Source: a virus. Taken from it: DNA of 64,000 nt. The position numbers and the translations under genes are program-made. The DNA lies in the IMG/VR virus record IMGVR_UViG_3300016476_001169, positions 40,192-104,191 of that record; one strand, 5' to 3'. Every line of letters starts with the position of its first letter. The stretch's first letter is position 1. Shown piece by piece: positions 41,006 through 50,300 of this stretch. Under the pieces are notes generated by a model, which made no database searches, was not told the origin of the DNA, and saw only the letters and a list, made by a program, of their open reading frames with translations.

Positions 41006-42382
41006 ATGGCAGATAATGTAGCAATTACAGCAGGTAGTGGAACTAACATAGCCACTGACGACGTAGCAGGAACACACTACCAAAGAGTAAAACTAGTAGA
41101 CGGTACATTAGACTCTACAACAGCTATAGCATCCGGTGGAGGAGTAGAAGCAGGAGCACTAAGAGTTACAATAGCTTCAGACTCAACAGGAGTATTGTCA
41201 GTAGATGACAATGGTGGAACACTAACTGTTGACGGAACAGTCACAGCAAATGCAGGCACTGGCTTTGTATCAGTACAGACAGAAGATGCAGCATCCTCTG
41301 GTGGTGAAACAGGAACAATGATTCTTGGAGTTAGAAACGATGCAGCAGCTTCTAAAACATCAGCTGATGGAGACTTTTCTGCTATAGCCACCGACTCAGC
41401 AGGCAGAGTAGGGATTGCAGACCTTGGAGGATCAATAACAGTTGATGGAACTGTTGCTGCAACTCAATCTGGAACATGGTCCATTAGAAATCAAGATGGA
41501 TCTGGAAATAATTTAACATCAGCATTGAGAGGTTCTGAAAGAGCACTATCTGTTCAATTGGTAGATGCATCTGGTAACCAAGTTACTTCTTTTGGCGGAG
41601 GAACACAATACACAGAAGACGCAGCATCTGCTGGCGGTGAAACAGGAACAGTTTTTCTTGGTGTAAGAAATGATGCAGCAACATCAAAGACATCAGCTGA
41701 TGGAGATTTTTCAGCAATAGCAACAGATGCCGCAGGAAGAGTTGGCATAGCTGACCTTGGAGGAGCCATTAGTGTAGATGACAATGGATCTTCTTTAACA
41801 GTGGATGGATTCTCAACAACTGGAGCGGCTGCTTTTGTTAAAATTACAGACGGCACCAATACAGCAACAGTTAATGCTAACGGCGGACTAGAAGTTACTG
41901 GTGGAGTAGCTCATGGAGCAACAGATGCAGGTAACCCATTAAAATTAGGGGCTAAAGCAGAAGCTTCAGTTACAGGATCCACAAACGTATCTGATGGACA
42001 AAGAACAGATCTTTATGCAGATCTTGATGGCGTTTTATTAACTAAACCGTTTATACCTTATGGAGATATTAAAGTAGAAAGAGTAACAGACACAGGTGGT
42101 ACTGCAACAGCATTTACAACCTTTGGGGCTACAGCATCTCAAAGAAACTACATAACAACTATCACAGTTTATAACTCATCAACAACACAAGGTTTTATAG
42201 ACCTAAGAGACGGTACAGCTGGATCAGTACTATACACTATACCACTACCAGCACTTGGTGGTGCTACTATCAATTTCCCTGTACCACTTAGACAGCCAAC
42301 AGTGAATACAGCATTAGCTTATGACGTTAGTGCAGCAATTACAACTGCATACATTTCAGTAGTCGGATTTAAAGCTTACTAA
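41006..42382 (+). CDS. putative virion structural/fibre protein with internal duplication
   Basis: G/T/A/D-rich; ~56-aa TEDAAS...IADLGG unit occurs twice. Confidence 0.65.
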   Translation: MADNVAITAGSGTNIATDDVAGTHYQRVKLVDGTLDSTTAIASGGGVEAGALRVTIASDSTGVLSVDDNGGTLTVDGTVTANAGTGFVSVQTEDAASSGGETGTMILGVRNDAAASKTSADGDFSAIATDSAGRVGIADLGGSITVDGTVAATQSGTWSIRNQDGSGNNLTSALRGSERALSVQLVDASGNQVTSFGGGTQYTEDAASAGGETGTVFLGVRNDAATSKTSADGDFSAIATDAAGRVGIADLGGAISVDDNGSSLTVDGFSTTGAAAFVKITDGTNTATVNANGGLEVTGGVAHGATDAGNPLKLGAKAEASVTGSTNVSDGQRTDLYADLDGVLLTKPFIPYGDIKVERVTDTGGTATAFTTFGATASQRNYITTITVYNSSTTQGFIDLRDGTAGSVLYTIPLPALGGATINFPVPLRQPTVNTALAYDVSAAITTAYISVVGFKAY

Positions 42383-42395
42383 AGGAGAACTACAC

Positions 42396-43112
42396 ATGCC
42401 TGTTTATACTTTTACAGCATCCACTGGTACAAGAACCCTAAGATCTACATGGGTTATTGCAGAACTATGGGGCGGAGGCGCGTCAGGTGGCGGAGCCACA
42501 GGTGGAACAGCAGGCACACCAACCTATGGAGGTGGAGGAGCAGGCGGCCAATATGTTAATACATACCTAGGAGGCTTTGGTGTTAATAACGTACTTACAA
42601 TAGCTGTAGGACAAACCAGAACAGGAGCAGCAACAGCAGGAGCAGCTGGAAACGACTCAACTGTATCCAACCCATCATTAACAGTGGTCGCAAGAGCAAA
42701 AGGCGGAGCCAACGGCGGCGGACTTAACGTAGCCGACGGCGCAGGCGGCGGAGCCGGATCAACAGCCTCAGGACTAGGAGATATTATCTATGCCGGAGGC
42801 GACGGAGGTAATAGAGCTACAACATCCTCGGGAGGAGGCGGAGGAGCTGCTGGAACAACAGGCACAGGCGGCAACGCCTCCGGTGGTACAGCAGGCACAG
42901 GTACCGTAGAGAACCCCTCACCCTCAGGAGGTACCGGAGGAGCCGGTAGAACAACGGCAGGAGCAGGTAATACAGGCCTAGTGTACGGAGGAGGCGGCGC
43001 AGGAGCAATAGATGACGCCGGAATCAACAGAGCAGGAGGCAGCGGAGCCGCAGGCTACGTTAGACTCTACGAATCACCACCAGTATTCTTACTCTGCCTA
43101 GGATGTGGCTAA
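42396..43112 (+). CDS. glycine-rich virion protein
   Basis: ELWGGGASGGG, YGGGGAG, GAAGYVRL glycine-rich domain pattern; AGGAG SD. Confidence 0.75.
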   Translation: MPVYTFTASTGTRTLRSTWVIAELWGGGASGGGATGGTAGTPTYGGGGAGGQYVNTYLGGFGVNNVLTIAVGQTRTGAATAGAAGNDSTVSNPSLTVVARAKGGANGGGLNVADGAGGGAGSTASGLGDIIYAGGDGGNRATTSSGGGGGAAGTTGTGGNASGGTAGTGTVENPSPSGGTGGAGRTTAGAGNTGLVYGGGGAGAIDDAGINRAGGSGAAGYVRLYESPPVFLLCLGCG

Positions 43113-43351
43113 TGACACTTATTCTATTACTGAAATCATCACAAGAAGCACCAGTTATAACAGATACTAACTCCTTCTACTCAAATAAAGCAATCCTTAG
43201 AGACAACTTCACAGGAGTTAGCGTAGACACAAGCCTGGCAACAAGAACAACCAGAAAAGCTGACCTAAGAGACACATTCTCAGGAACACTTGACCAAACT
43301 ATAACAAAAGTAGGCAGCGAAAGAGGATACGCAACAAGAAGAAGCCTATAA
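43112..43351 (+). CDS. hypothetical protein
   Basis: TAATG coupling to previous gene. Confidence 0.5.
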   Translation: MTLILLLKSSQEAPVITDTNSFYSNKAILRDNFTGVSVDTSLATRTTRKADLRDTFSGTLDQTITKVGSERGYATRRSL

Positions 43352-43506
43352 ACCAAAATTTTGAAACAACTTTTTCAAAATAATTAATTAAATGGGGCCC
43401 AAATTAAATTTTATATATAAATATATTTTAGGATATAACCCAAAAACCAGAAATGGTACCTTAAATTTTACCCACCCCCCCTATTCCTAAATAAAAGGCG
43501 AGTAAC

Positions 43507-43740
43507 ATGGACGAAATCATACTTAAAGCATGCGATCTATTAGACGAATTAGGTAAAGAAAATTTATCAGACCAAATCTTTCATAGATTTGCTGAAAAAT
43601 ATAATGCTCCAAGAGGCAAAATGAAATCCAGATGGACAGTGAAACATAAACGCGGAATTGATTGTAATAACCCAAAAGGATTTAGCCAGAAACAATACTG
43701 CAAGAGAAAAAAGAGGGGCGGGCAATACAAGTCAGATTAA
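43507..43740 (+). CDS. small protein with helical tag and W...K..IDC.NPKGFSQ..C motif
   Basis: recurrent phage motif; tag ACDLLDELGKENLSDQI. Confidence 0.65.
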   Translation: MDEIILKACDLLDELGKENLSDQIFHRFAEKYNAPRGKMKSRWTVKHKRGIDCNNPKGFSQKQYCKRKKRGGQYKSD

Positions 43741-43821
43741 AAAATAAGGGCCCCTTCTTTTGTTAAGGTACTAATCCAAAGAATAGGGTACCTTAAATTT
43801 TACCCTCCCCCCCCCTGTTTT

Positions 43822-43877
43822 TGCGGTAAATTTTGCGGTAATTGCTGCGGTAAGTATTGCGGTAAATGTTGCGGTAA
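43822..43877. repeat. five TGCGGTAA repeats at exact 12-bp period (iteron-like)
   Basis: starts at 43822, 43834, 43846, 43858, 43870. Confidence 0.9.
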
Positions 43878-44198
43878 ATTTAAAATAAATTGGGGCCCAA
43901 ATTGTGATTTAAAATGGGAGTTTAAAAAATAAAAATAAGGGGCCACCGCGTTCGATGGGAGTCACAAAAAAATGGGGGTGAGGAAACCCCCTTCCTTATG
44001 GTACCTAAATTAAGACATACCCCCCCCTGTTTTTCTATACAAAACGCTATAGTATGTAGTATGTATGCTTATACTTATAGTATTGTAATGTATTGTATGT
44101 ATTAATGCTTTATGATGTATGATGTATTGATCTAATAGCGCATAGATCTATCTGCTGGGATTTTTATCTTAAAAGATTATAGTTTATTCTATAATAGT

Positions 44199-44447
44199 AT
44201 GAACTTCGATTACCAAACCCTGACGACGATTCTGCTCACCGCTGTGCTTTGCTCCATCACTTTCTATGTGTTGATAGCGGGTTTCGATTGGAAACCAAAA
44301 CACGCAGTATTCGCTTCGCTCTTTGCACCAGCTGTCGTGCCAGTTTTCATGACCTGCCTTGCAATCTACATCATTGGCGACACGCTTCGTTCATTCTGCA
44401 ACTATGCAATCAATCTGGGTTCACCAAAGCAGGTTCGTCGGGCGTAG
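44199..44447 (+). CDS. small membrane protein (cassette)
   Basis: ATG directly after element; two hydrophobic segments. Confidence 0.7.
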   Translation: MNFDYQTLTTILLTAVLCSITFYVLIAGFDWKPKHAVFASLFAPAVVPVFMTCLAIYIIGDTLRSFCNYAINLGSPKQVRRA

Positions 44448-44533
44448 GGATTATACCATAATTTACACTTTGTAGATTATGGGCTAGGCCCCCTTTTTTA
44501 TATTAAATTCTGCTTATTGGGTTCTATAATAGT

Positions 44534-44629
44534 ATGCAAAAACACTTTACCACCATCATTGATTCTGCTTTCCTTTTTGTTATGGTTTGTTGGATAGGTG
44601 CATTTATGGAGTGGGTATTATCATTATAA
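44534..44629 (+). CDS. 31-aa hydrophobic peptide (cassette)
   Basis: MQKHFTTIIDSAFLFVMVCWIGAFMEWVLSL fills the space between two elements. Confidence 0.55.
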   Translation: MQKHFTTIIDSAFLFVMVCWIGAFMEWVLSL

Positions 44630-44695
44630 CCCTTTGTGGGTTCTGGCTCATCGGGGGATTTTATCTTAAAACTTATTAATGGGTTCTATAATAGT

Positions 44696-44824
44696 ATGAG
44701 AATCAGCAATCGTACAATCAACAATGGTCGCCAACTTGTTCTGCAGACTCGCCGGAACTGCTGGGTAGTCACTTTGCGTCCACATCGTCTGCTCTTTGCA
44801 CATCGTTCCCAATCATCGTTCTAG
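44696..44824 (+). CDS. 42-aa basic peptide, paralogue of 45636
   Basis: MRISNRTINNGRQ...CWVVTLRPHRLLFAHR. Confidence 0.7.
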   Translation: MRISNRTINNGRQLVLQTRRNCWVVTLRPHRLLFAHRSQSSF

Positions 44825-44862
44825 TTTTATCTTAAAAGATTATTGTAGGAGTCTATAATAGT

Positions 44863-44937
44863 ATGGAAATCATCATCGCAGACACTCTCGCCGTTGTTGT
44901 TCTTGTTTTCGGTCTTATCTTCGGTAAGTCCAAGTAA
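44863..44937 (+). CDS. 24-aa single-TM peptide, paralogue of 45562
   Basis: MEIIIADTLAVVVLVFGLIFGKSK. Confidence 0.6.
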   Translation: MEIIIADTLAVVVLVFGLIFGKSK

Positions 44938-44973
44938 ACATCTTAAAAACTGAATATAGGATTCTATAATAGT

Positions 44974-45096
44974 ATGATTACAATCAATAAAGCATCTCAT
45001 GGTGGTTACAACGTTTCGCTCGATGGAACTTTTCTAGCATGGTTCCCAAAAATCAAAACCGCTCGCGACTTTGCGAAGGGTAGGCTTTTTCACTAA
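44974..45096 (+). CDS. 40-aa peptide, GGxNV..DG family
   Basis: MITINKASHGGYNVSLDGTFLAW... Confidence 0.65.
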   Translation: MITINKASHGGYNVSLDGTFLAWFPKIKTARDFAKGRLFH

Positions 45097-45161
45097 GCCT
45101 TTGTAGGCTTTGGGGCGTTGCTGGTTTTATCTTAAAAAGTGTTATTGGGTTCTATAATAGT

Positions 45162-45491
45162 ATGAAAAACTTTGAAACTGTTGTGGTTCGTGGCATTGCC
45201 ACTTTCAACTTTGAACTGATGCTTGATTCTGATACTTTTGAGAATGTGTGCAATGAACTTGATTTGAATGCGGAAGATTATCGCACATTCACTGAAGAGC
45301 AATGGCTCAAGGTTCGTAAGAATCTCAAAGATACTACTTTTGACAACGAAGAACACATTGAAGTTGTAGATTTGTATGATGCTTCACGTATTTCAGTTGA
45401 TGAAGTGACTCTACAAACTGACTTTAATGACATTTCAGTTATCACTTATGAGATTGGTGATAAAGTTCATTCAATCGAACTAGATGTATAA
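45162..45491 (+). CDS. acidic hypothetical protein (cassette)
   Basis: ATG after element; stop just before next element. Confidence 0.75.
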   Translation: MKNFETVVVRGIATFNFELMLDSDTFENVCNELDLNAEDYRTFTEEQWLKVRKNLKDTTFDNEEHIEVVDLYDASRISVDEVTLQTDFNDISVITYEIGDKVHSIELDV

Positions 45492-45561
45492 AGTAACACT
45501 TTGTACATCTTGGGGCGGCCCCATTTTTATCTTAAAAGAAGAAAGTTTATTCTATAATAGT

Positions 45562-45636
45562 ATGGAAATCATTCTCTCAACCTTAGTTGTCGCCGCTGTT
45601 GTTGTTATCGTTCTTGGACTCATTGCGAGCAAGTAA
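45562..45636 (+). CDS. 24-aa single-TM peptide
   Basis: MEIILSTLVVAAVVVIVLGLIASK. Confidence 0.6.
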   Translation: MEIILSTLVVAAVVVIVLGLIASK

Positions 45637-45776
45637 TGAAACTGAGTCACCGCTTAATCAATAATGGGCGTCAGTTTATCTTTCAGAATCATACTGATTG
45701 CTGGGTTTTGACAATCAAGCCACACAGACTTTTAATAGCACATAGATTCCAGCCGCTTTGGACTTGGAATCATTAA
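45636..45776 (+). CDS. 46-aa peptide, paralogue of 44696
   Basis: MKLSHRLINNGRQ...CWVLTIKPHRLLIAHR; TAATG coupling. Confidence 0.7.
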   Translation: MKLSHRLINNGRQFIFQNHTDCWVLTIKPHRLLIAHRFQPLWTWNH

Positions 45777-45842
45777 GTCTTTGTAGGCTTTGGGCTTAGG
45801 GGCGAAAATATCTTAAAAACAAAAGGGGGCTTCTATAATAGT

Positions 45843-46094
45843 ATGAACGAATATCCTGGTTACAAGAATCGCGCCACTTGGGTTGCAAGCGTCTGCCTCG
45901 GTGAATCAATCAATCAACTTCGTGCTGATTATCCTGAGATGACAATCTTGGATGTAAAGACAGAATGTCTTGAGTTTCTACTCAATCATTCTAATCACAA
46001 GTTTGTCAATCAGTTTCTCCATGTGGTTGCTGATGAGATTGATTGGGAGTTTCTCTACAATGACAATCTTAAAAGCCAACTTGCAAAGGTTTAA
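45843..46094 (+). CDS. hypothetical protein, Y.GY.N.ATW family
   Basis: N-terminus similar to 50367. Confidence 0.75.
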   Translation: MNEYPGYKNRATWVASVCLGESINQLRADYPEMTILDVKTECLEFLLNHSNHKFVNQFLHVVADEIDWEFLYNDNLKSQLAKV

Positions 46095-46180
46095 GCCTTT
46101 GTAAGTTTTGGGGCAATGGGGGCCAGATCTTTGGCCCCCTTATTTTTATATTAAAAAATCATAATAAGTTCTATAATAGT

Positions 46181-46312
46181 ATGCAAGACACATTTAATGA
46201 CAACTTCGACATCGCCGCGCTCACCGTTGCTTTTGCCAACCAGGACACAGATTATGACGCACAACCTTTTCATCTTGATGTAGTTGATTACAACCATGCT
46301 TGCCGCTTTTAG
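46181..46312 (+). CDS. 43-aa acidic peptide (cassette)
   Basis: MQDTFNDNFDIAAL...; followed by hairpin. Confidence 0.55.
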   Translation: MQDTFNDNFDIAALTVAFANQDTDYDAQPFHLDVVDYNHACRF

Positions 46313-46394
46313 CGCGGCATGGTTGCAGGTTTAATTATGTTTTGATGTTAATAAATTTTTATCCTTAAAAATAAAAATGGGGCTCTATAGTATT

Positions 46395-46580
46395 ATGAAC
46401 TTCGCAGACTTTCTTTTGTCATCTGGCGTCAGTATTATTGACGGTGCATTCTCAGCTAATGGTATGAAGTATTTTTTCATCAACAATGATGTATTTAGAG
46501 TTAGTCAAATCGGTTCTATTATTCGTGAGTTTAAAGTATCCCAATCAGAGATTAATGCAATCATTTTGTCTTTGAGATAA
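46395..46580 (+). CDS. hypothetical protein (cassette, divergent element)
   Basis: CTATAGTATT-ATG start. Confidence 0.6.
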   Translation: MNFADFLLSSGVSIIDGAFSANGMKYFFINNDVFRVSQIGSIIREFKVSQSEINAIILSLR

Positions 46581-46645
46581 GTCTTTGTAGACTTTGGGGG
46601 CCTGGTGATTTTATCTTAAAAACTATTATTGGATTCTATAATAGT

Positions 46646-47002
46646 ATGAATACTATTGGAAACTACAACCTAGAACACACCATTTACCGCTTCTTGCCAG
46701 TGACTCATGTCAAGTCCTTGGAGCGATTCCTTGAGCAGGGTATTCATCCCGGTGATTTCATGGCTCGTGTGCTTGAGAATAATCTTGTTGGTGCTGTTGC
46801 CAACGGAGATGAAAACTCCAAGCAACATCTTTGCGACTTGGTTATGTTTATCCATAACCACTTGCCAGGTCGGTTCCTCAAGCCGGGTTGTGTCGATGAT
46901 TTTATCAATGGCACTGTCCGATACACTGTAACCGAGGGTGGTTACTGTGACTGGATTGAAACTGACCCTATCAAACAAAAGTATATTTCTGCAGAGAATT
47001 AA
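46646..47002 (+). CDS. hypothetical phage protein (cassette)
   Basis: GIHPGDFMARVLENNL motif. Confidence 0.75.
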   Translation: MNTIGNYNLEHTIYRFLPVTHVKSLERFLEQGIHPGDFMARVLENNLVGAVANGDENSKQHLCDLVMFIHNHLPGRFLKPGCVDDFINGTVRYTVTEGGYCDWIETDPIKQKYISAEN

Positions 47003-47067
47003 ACCTTTGTAGATTTTGGGGTACCCCCGCTTTTGTCTTAAAAAGTGCTTTTGGATTCTATAGTAGT

Positions 47068-47349
47068 ATGGAAACTTCTGAAGACTTCAATGGCAACCCC
47101 GTATCTGGTTTGTATGCGAACATGAGCGATGCGCTTCATTTGGAGATATCAGCGATGTGCAAGCAGCATGGCTGGCGCTTATCAGTGACTCACGGTGACG
47201 AACACGCCGAGTATGGCTTCTGGACAGTTTGGAGTGATGAGTTTGGGCTGATATGCAACGAAGTCAGCAGGTCGCATTGTTATTACATCCTCAAGGGTGT
47301 CACCATAGGTTTGATGATGCACAAGGCAAAAGAAAACCAATTTGTGTAA
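47068..47349 (+). CDS. hypothetical protein (cassette)
   Basis: element-ATG to stop-element. Confidence 0.7.
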   Translation: METSEDFNGNPVSGLYANMSDALHLEISAMCKQHGWRLSVTHGDEHAEYGFWTVWSDEFGLICNEVSRSHCYYILKGVTIGLMMHKAKENQFV

Positions 47350-47421
47350 ACCTTTGTAGGTTTTGGGGTGTCGGGCCCCAAAAATTTTATCTTAAAATAT
47401 CCTGCATGGTTCTATAATAGT

Positions 47422-47700
47422 ATGAAAACATTCATTATCAAAAACGTGCTGGTTGAGTCGAAGTTGCCCGGTCTGGGTTCTGTCAAGAGTAAGACTGTCA
47501 ATACGATGGTTCCACCCTGTGATTGGGAGCAGTTGAATACTCACCTTTTTGAGATGTTCAAGGGGTTCCTTGAAAACTTTACTGATGTAAAGTTTGATTC
47601 TCTGGTGATGTCTTTTGAGTATTCTGACTCTGAGACACCTGACTTGATTCATCAAGTCGACCATGGTTTTGATTCTGAAGGTGATATCTACTGTTGCTAG
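47422..47700 (+). CDS. hypothetical protein (cassette)
   Basis: start reassigned to ATG after element. Confidence 0.7.
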   Translation: MKTFIIKNVLVESKLPGLGSVKSKTVNTMVPPCDWEQLNTHLFEMFKGFLENFTDVKFDSLVMSFEYSDSETPDLIHQVDHGFDSEGDIYCC

Positions 47701-47779
47701 GTATCACCTTTTAACCTTTTGTAGGTTTTGGGCCGCCCCCGCTTTTGTCTTAAAAAGTGCTATTGGATTCTATAGTAGT

Positions 47780-48016
47780 ATGAAAGACCTCATTTTCCAA
47801 GACGACATCTACTTCACCCTCACTGCCGAGCAAGCCGAATGGGCTGTCGCTTCGTGGACTAAGGTTCTCCTCCATCGGGGTATGATACCCGGTCGCATTC
47901 CTTCTGAGAGTGAAATCTCCCGATTCAAAACGGCGATTCCGGGAGTTCTCAACGGCTCCCCGCAGGAAGACCTCGGTTACATCCTGCATTCGGCTTCTAA
48001 GGTGCATTGGGATTAA
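47780..48016 (+). CDS. hypothetical protein (cassette)
   Basis: start reassigned to ATG after element. Confidence 0.7.
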   Translation: MKDLIFQDDIYFTLTAEQAEWAVASWTKVLLHRGMIPGRIPSESEISRFKTAIPGVLNGSPQEDLGYILHSASKVHWD

Positions 48017-48083
48017 CCCTTTGTAGACTTTGGCCTGTCGGGCGGGATCCATCTTAAAAAGGGGCATAGGATTCTATAATAGT

Positions 48084-48278
48084 ATGAAAAACTTTCCACT
48101 TATCACCAAGTACATTGATGAAATCGGCATTGACGTAAACCAGTCAGAACGCCTGTTTCTCAGCATTCTTGAAGACCGCCTTTCAGATGTTGAGAATGGC
48201 AGATGCACTGTTGATGATGCAGTGGGAGAAGCCTACGACTTCTACGCTGAGGCAATGAATAGTTGTGACGACTATTAG
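48084..48278 (+). CDS. acidic hypothetical protein (cassette)
   Basis: start reassigned to ATG after element. Confidence 0.7.
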   Translation: MKNFPLITKYIDEIGIDVNQSERLFLSILEDRLSDVENGRCTVDDAVGEAYDFYAEAMNSCDDY

Positions 48279-48344
48279 TCCTTTGTAGGCTTTGGGGGAC
48301 TCCCGGGATTTATCTTAAAAACTATTATTGGATTCTATAGTAGT

Positions 48345-48578
48345 ATGGAAACCTCTTCATTCACCTTCATCAACATCTGCGACCTCTCCCGCCAACTCAT
48401 GCCGGAACAAAAAACCATTGCGGATTTTTACACCGCATACAACCTTGTGCAGGAGTGGGTCAAAAACAATGATGCCGTGATGTACGAGCATGAGAAGTAC
48501 CACTTCTCACGTTACGAGGCGATGGAACTCGCCACTGCGGCGGGTGTCAAAACAATCGTGGTACACGATTGTTCCTAA
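48345..48578 (+). CDS. hypothetical protein (cassette)
   Basis: element-ATG to stop-element. Confidence 0.7.
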   Translation: METSSFTFINICDLSRQLMPEQKTIADFYTAYNLVQEWVKNNDAVMYEHEKYHFSRYEAMELATAAGVKTIVVHDCS

Positions 48579-48713
48579 GACTTTGTAGGTTTTGGGGCGT
48601 CGCCTTTACTAAATAAGCTAAAGAAAACATAATTTAGCAAAGGATTTAGTAAAGGATTTAGTAAAGGGCCCCCTATTTTTATCTTAAAACTTATTAAACT
48701 GTTCTATAATAGT

Positions 48714-48968
48714 ATGAACTTTCACTCAATCAAATCAATCGTCGCCGCATCGGACATCGCCTTTTCGCTTGATACCTCGCTGGATGATTTTCTGAACGAA
48801 TCTGACAAGTGGACTTTTGGAGACGCTCCTCATGTGCTTGTCAAGCCTTTTGTTTTTGAGCGGGCGTTTTATGACTACTTTGGCGACCAGGATGATGTTG
48901 TCGCAAAGTTCAAGCCGCTTTTCAATGAGATTTTGGAAGCCGAAGCCATGATTGATGTTGCACAATAG
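48714..48968 (+). CDS. acidic hypothetical protein, paralogue of 63577-63834
   Basis: ASD...T(F/W)GDA...ID shared. Confidence 0.7.
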   Translation: MNFHSIKSIVAASDIAFSLDTSLDDFLNESDKWTFGDAPHVLVKPFVFERAFYDYFGDQDDVVAKFKPLFNEILEAEAMIDVAQ

Positions 48969-49039
48969 GCTTAAGCCTTTGTGCATTCTGGCCAGTCCCC
49001 GGTTTTATCTTAAAAAGTGTCATTGGGTTCTATAATAGT

Positions 49040-49177
49040 ATGAGTTATACAATCCAACAATGCAATACAGGTGGTTTCAACGTTCTTTGTGACGGTCAAG
49101 TTATCGGATGGTGTCTCGCACCATGGCAATCACGAACTGTGATTAAAAAGCACATTGATGCTAATCCACTCCCTTAG
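49040..49177 (+). CDS. 45-aa peptide, GGxNV..DG family
   Basis: MSYTIQQCNTGGFNVLCDGQVIGW... Confidence 0.65.
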   Translation: MSYTIQQCNTGGFNVLCDGQVIGWCLAPWQSRTVIKKHIDANPLP

Positions 49178-49218
49178 TTAGTTTTCTCTTAAATAACTTT
49201 ATTGGAATCTATAATAGT

Positions 49219-49356
49219 ATGAACATTCAAGACATTATTGCCATCATCTTTTTTATACCTGTTGGTTTTGTGGCTATTACGTCAGCAGTATGTTTGCTTT
49301 GTATGCCTTTTCATTATCTTTCAGATTATATTCATTTAAGAAGTAAGACTTTGTAA
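49219..49356 (+). CDS. 45-aa membrane peptide (cassette)
   Basis: hydrophobic; stop falls inside the next CTTTGTAA box. Confidence 0.55.
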   Translation: MNIQDIIAIIFFIPVGFVAITSAVCLLCMPFHYLSDYIHLRSKTL

Positions 49357-49429
49357 ATTTTGGGGGCATGGGCGGTTTTATCTTAAATCATTGTTGTTAG
49401 GTTCTATAGTAGTATAAGAGGTGAAGCAA

Positions 49430-49660
49430 ATGACAGGACTTGAAGCACTGGATTTATTGAGAAAAGGTAATGTCAAAGTTAAGCGTTCTGAATGGCACAA
49501 GGATGAATACTTGGAGACTTTTGATGGTAAAGATGTATATCCTTCCACAGAGTATGACCGCGAGCGTGGTGACAAATGCCATTATCCAAGTGATGCTCAA
49601 AGCTTAACAATGAACATATTAGATGATTTTCTTAAAGATGACTGGGAGGTAGTAAAATGA
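49430..49660 (+). CDS. DUF2829/Tad2-like protein
   Basis: EALDLLRKG...KRSEW...DFLKDDWEVV; GAGGTG SD after element. Confidence 0.65.
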   Translation: MTGLEALDLLRKGNVKVKRSEWHKDEYLETFDGKDVYPSTEYDRERGDKCHYPSDAQSLTMNILDDFLKDDWEVVK

Positions 49661-49741
49661 GAGGTACAAGGTTAACCCTTTGTACCTTTTGGCGTATCCC
49701 CGGTTTCTTCTTAAAAATCTGCCATTATGTTCTATAGTAGT

Positions 49742-49900
49742 ATGAAATCAATGACAATCACGAGGCGCGACATCGAGAAGGCGCGCAAAAACAACCCTTC
49801 TACCATTCCTGCATCTGAGCGTCCTTGGGCGCGCCCAACTGTATACAAGTCGGGGCGTGAATATCAACGCAACGCAAAGCATCGGAACCGAGAAGAATAA
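49742..49900 (+). CDS. 52-aa basic peptide, paralogue of 58788-58949
   Basis: MKSMTITRRDIEKARK...VYKSGREYQRNAKHRN. Confidence 0.75.
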   Translation: MKSMTITRRDIEKARKNNPSTIPASERPWARPTVYKSGREYQRNAKHRNREE

Positions 49901-49965
49901 TACTTTGTAGGTTTTGAGGGGCCCCATTTTTTATCTTAAAAACTATTATTAGATTCTATAGTAGT

Positions 49966-50148
49966 ATGGAAAACAAAGTTGTCACGGACTGGAACGCAGT
50001 CGCCCCTTCTGCTCATGGTACTCTTGTTGGTCTCAAGTTGATTCTTACGGGACTTGAGAATCATGATTATCCTGTGAATGTTCTCAAAAAAGTGCTGGAA
50101 GGTTATGAAAAGCAGATTGCAGAATACCTTGCAGAAAAGAAAGATTAA
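49966..50148 (+). CDS. hypothetical protein (cassette)
   Basis: ATG after element. Confidence 0.65.
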   Translation: MENKVVTDWNAVAPSAHGTLVGLKLILTGLENHDYPVNVLKKVLEGYEKQIAEYLAEKKD

Positions 50149-50150
50149 TC

Positions 50151-50300
50151 ATGGAAGATTTTAATGTAGAAATCCGACCTTCCGCCCGTGGTGGTTGGAA
50201 TCTTTATATCGATGGTGATTTTTGTGGCTATGACAAGTCCAAGAAAGTTCTAAAAGAACTTGCACAAGAAATGATTAAGAATGAGCATGGACTTTATTAA
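50151..50300 (+). CDS. 49-aa peptide, GGxN...DG family
   Basis: MEDFNVEIRPSARGGWNLYIDGDFCGY...; second gene of cassette. Confidence 0.6.
   Translation: MEDFNVEIRPSARGGWNLYIDGDFCGYDKSKKVLKELAQEMIKNEHGLY

Larger units (their letters stand above)
43455..44034. repeat. three dispersed GGTACC(T)TAAATT...poly-C repeats
   Basis: copies at 43455, 43787, 44000. Confidence 0.8.
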
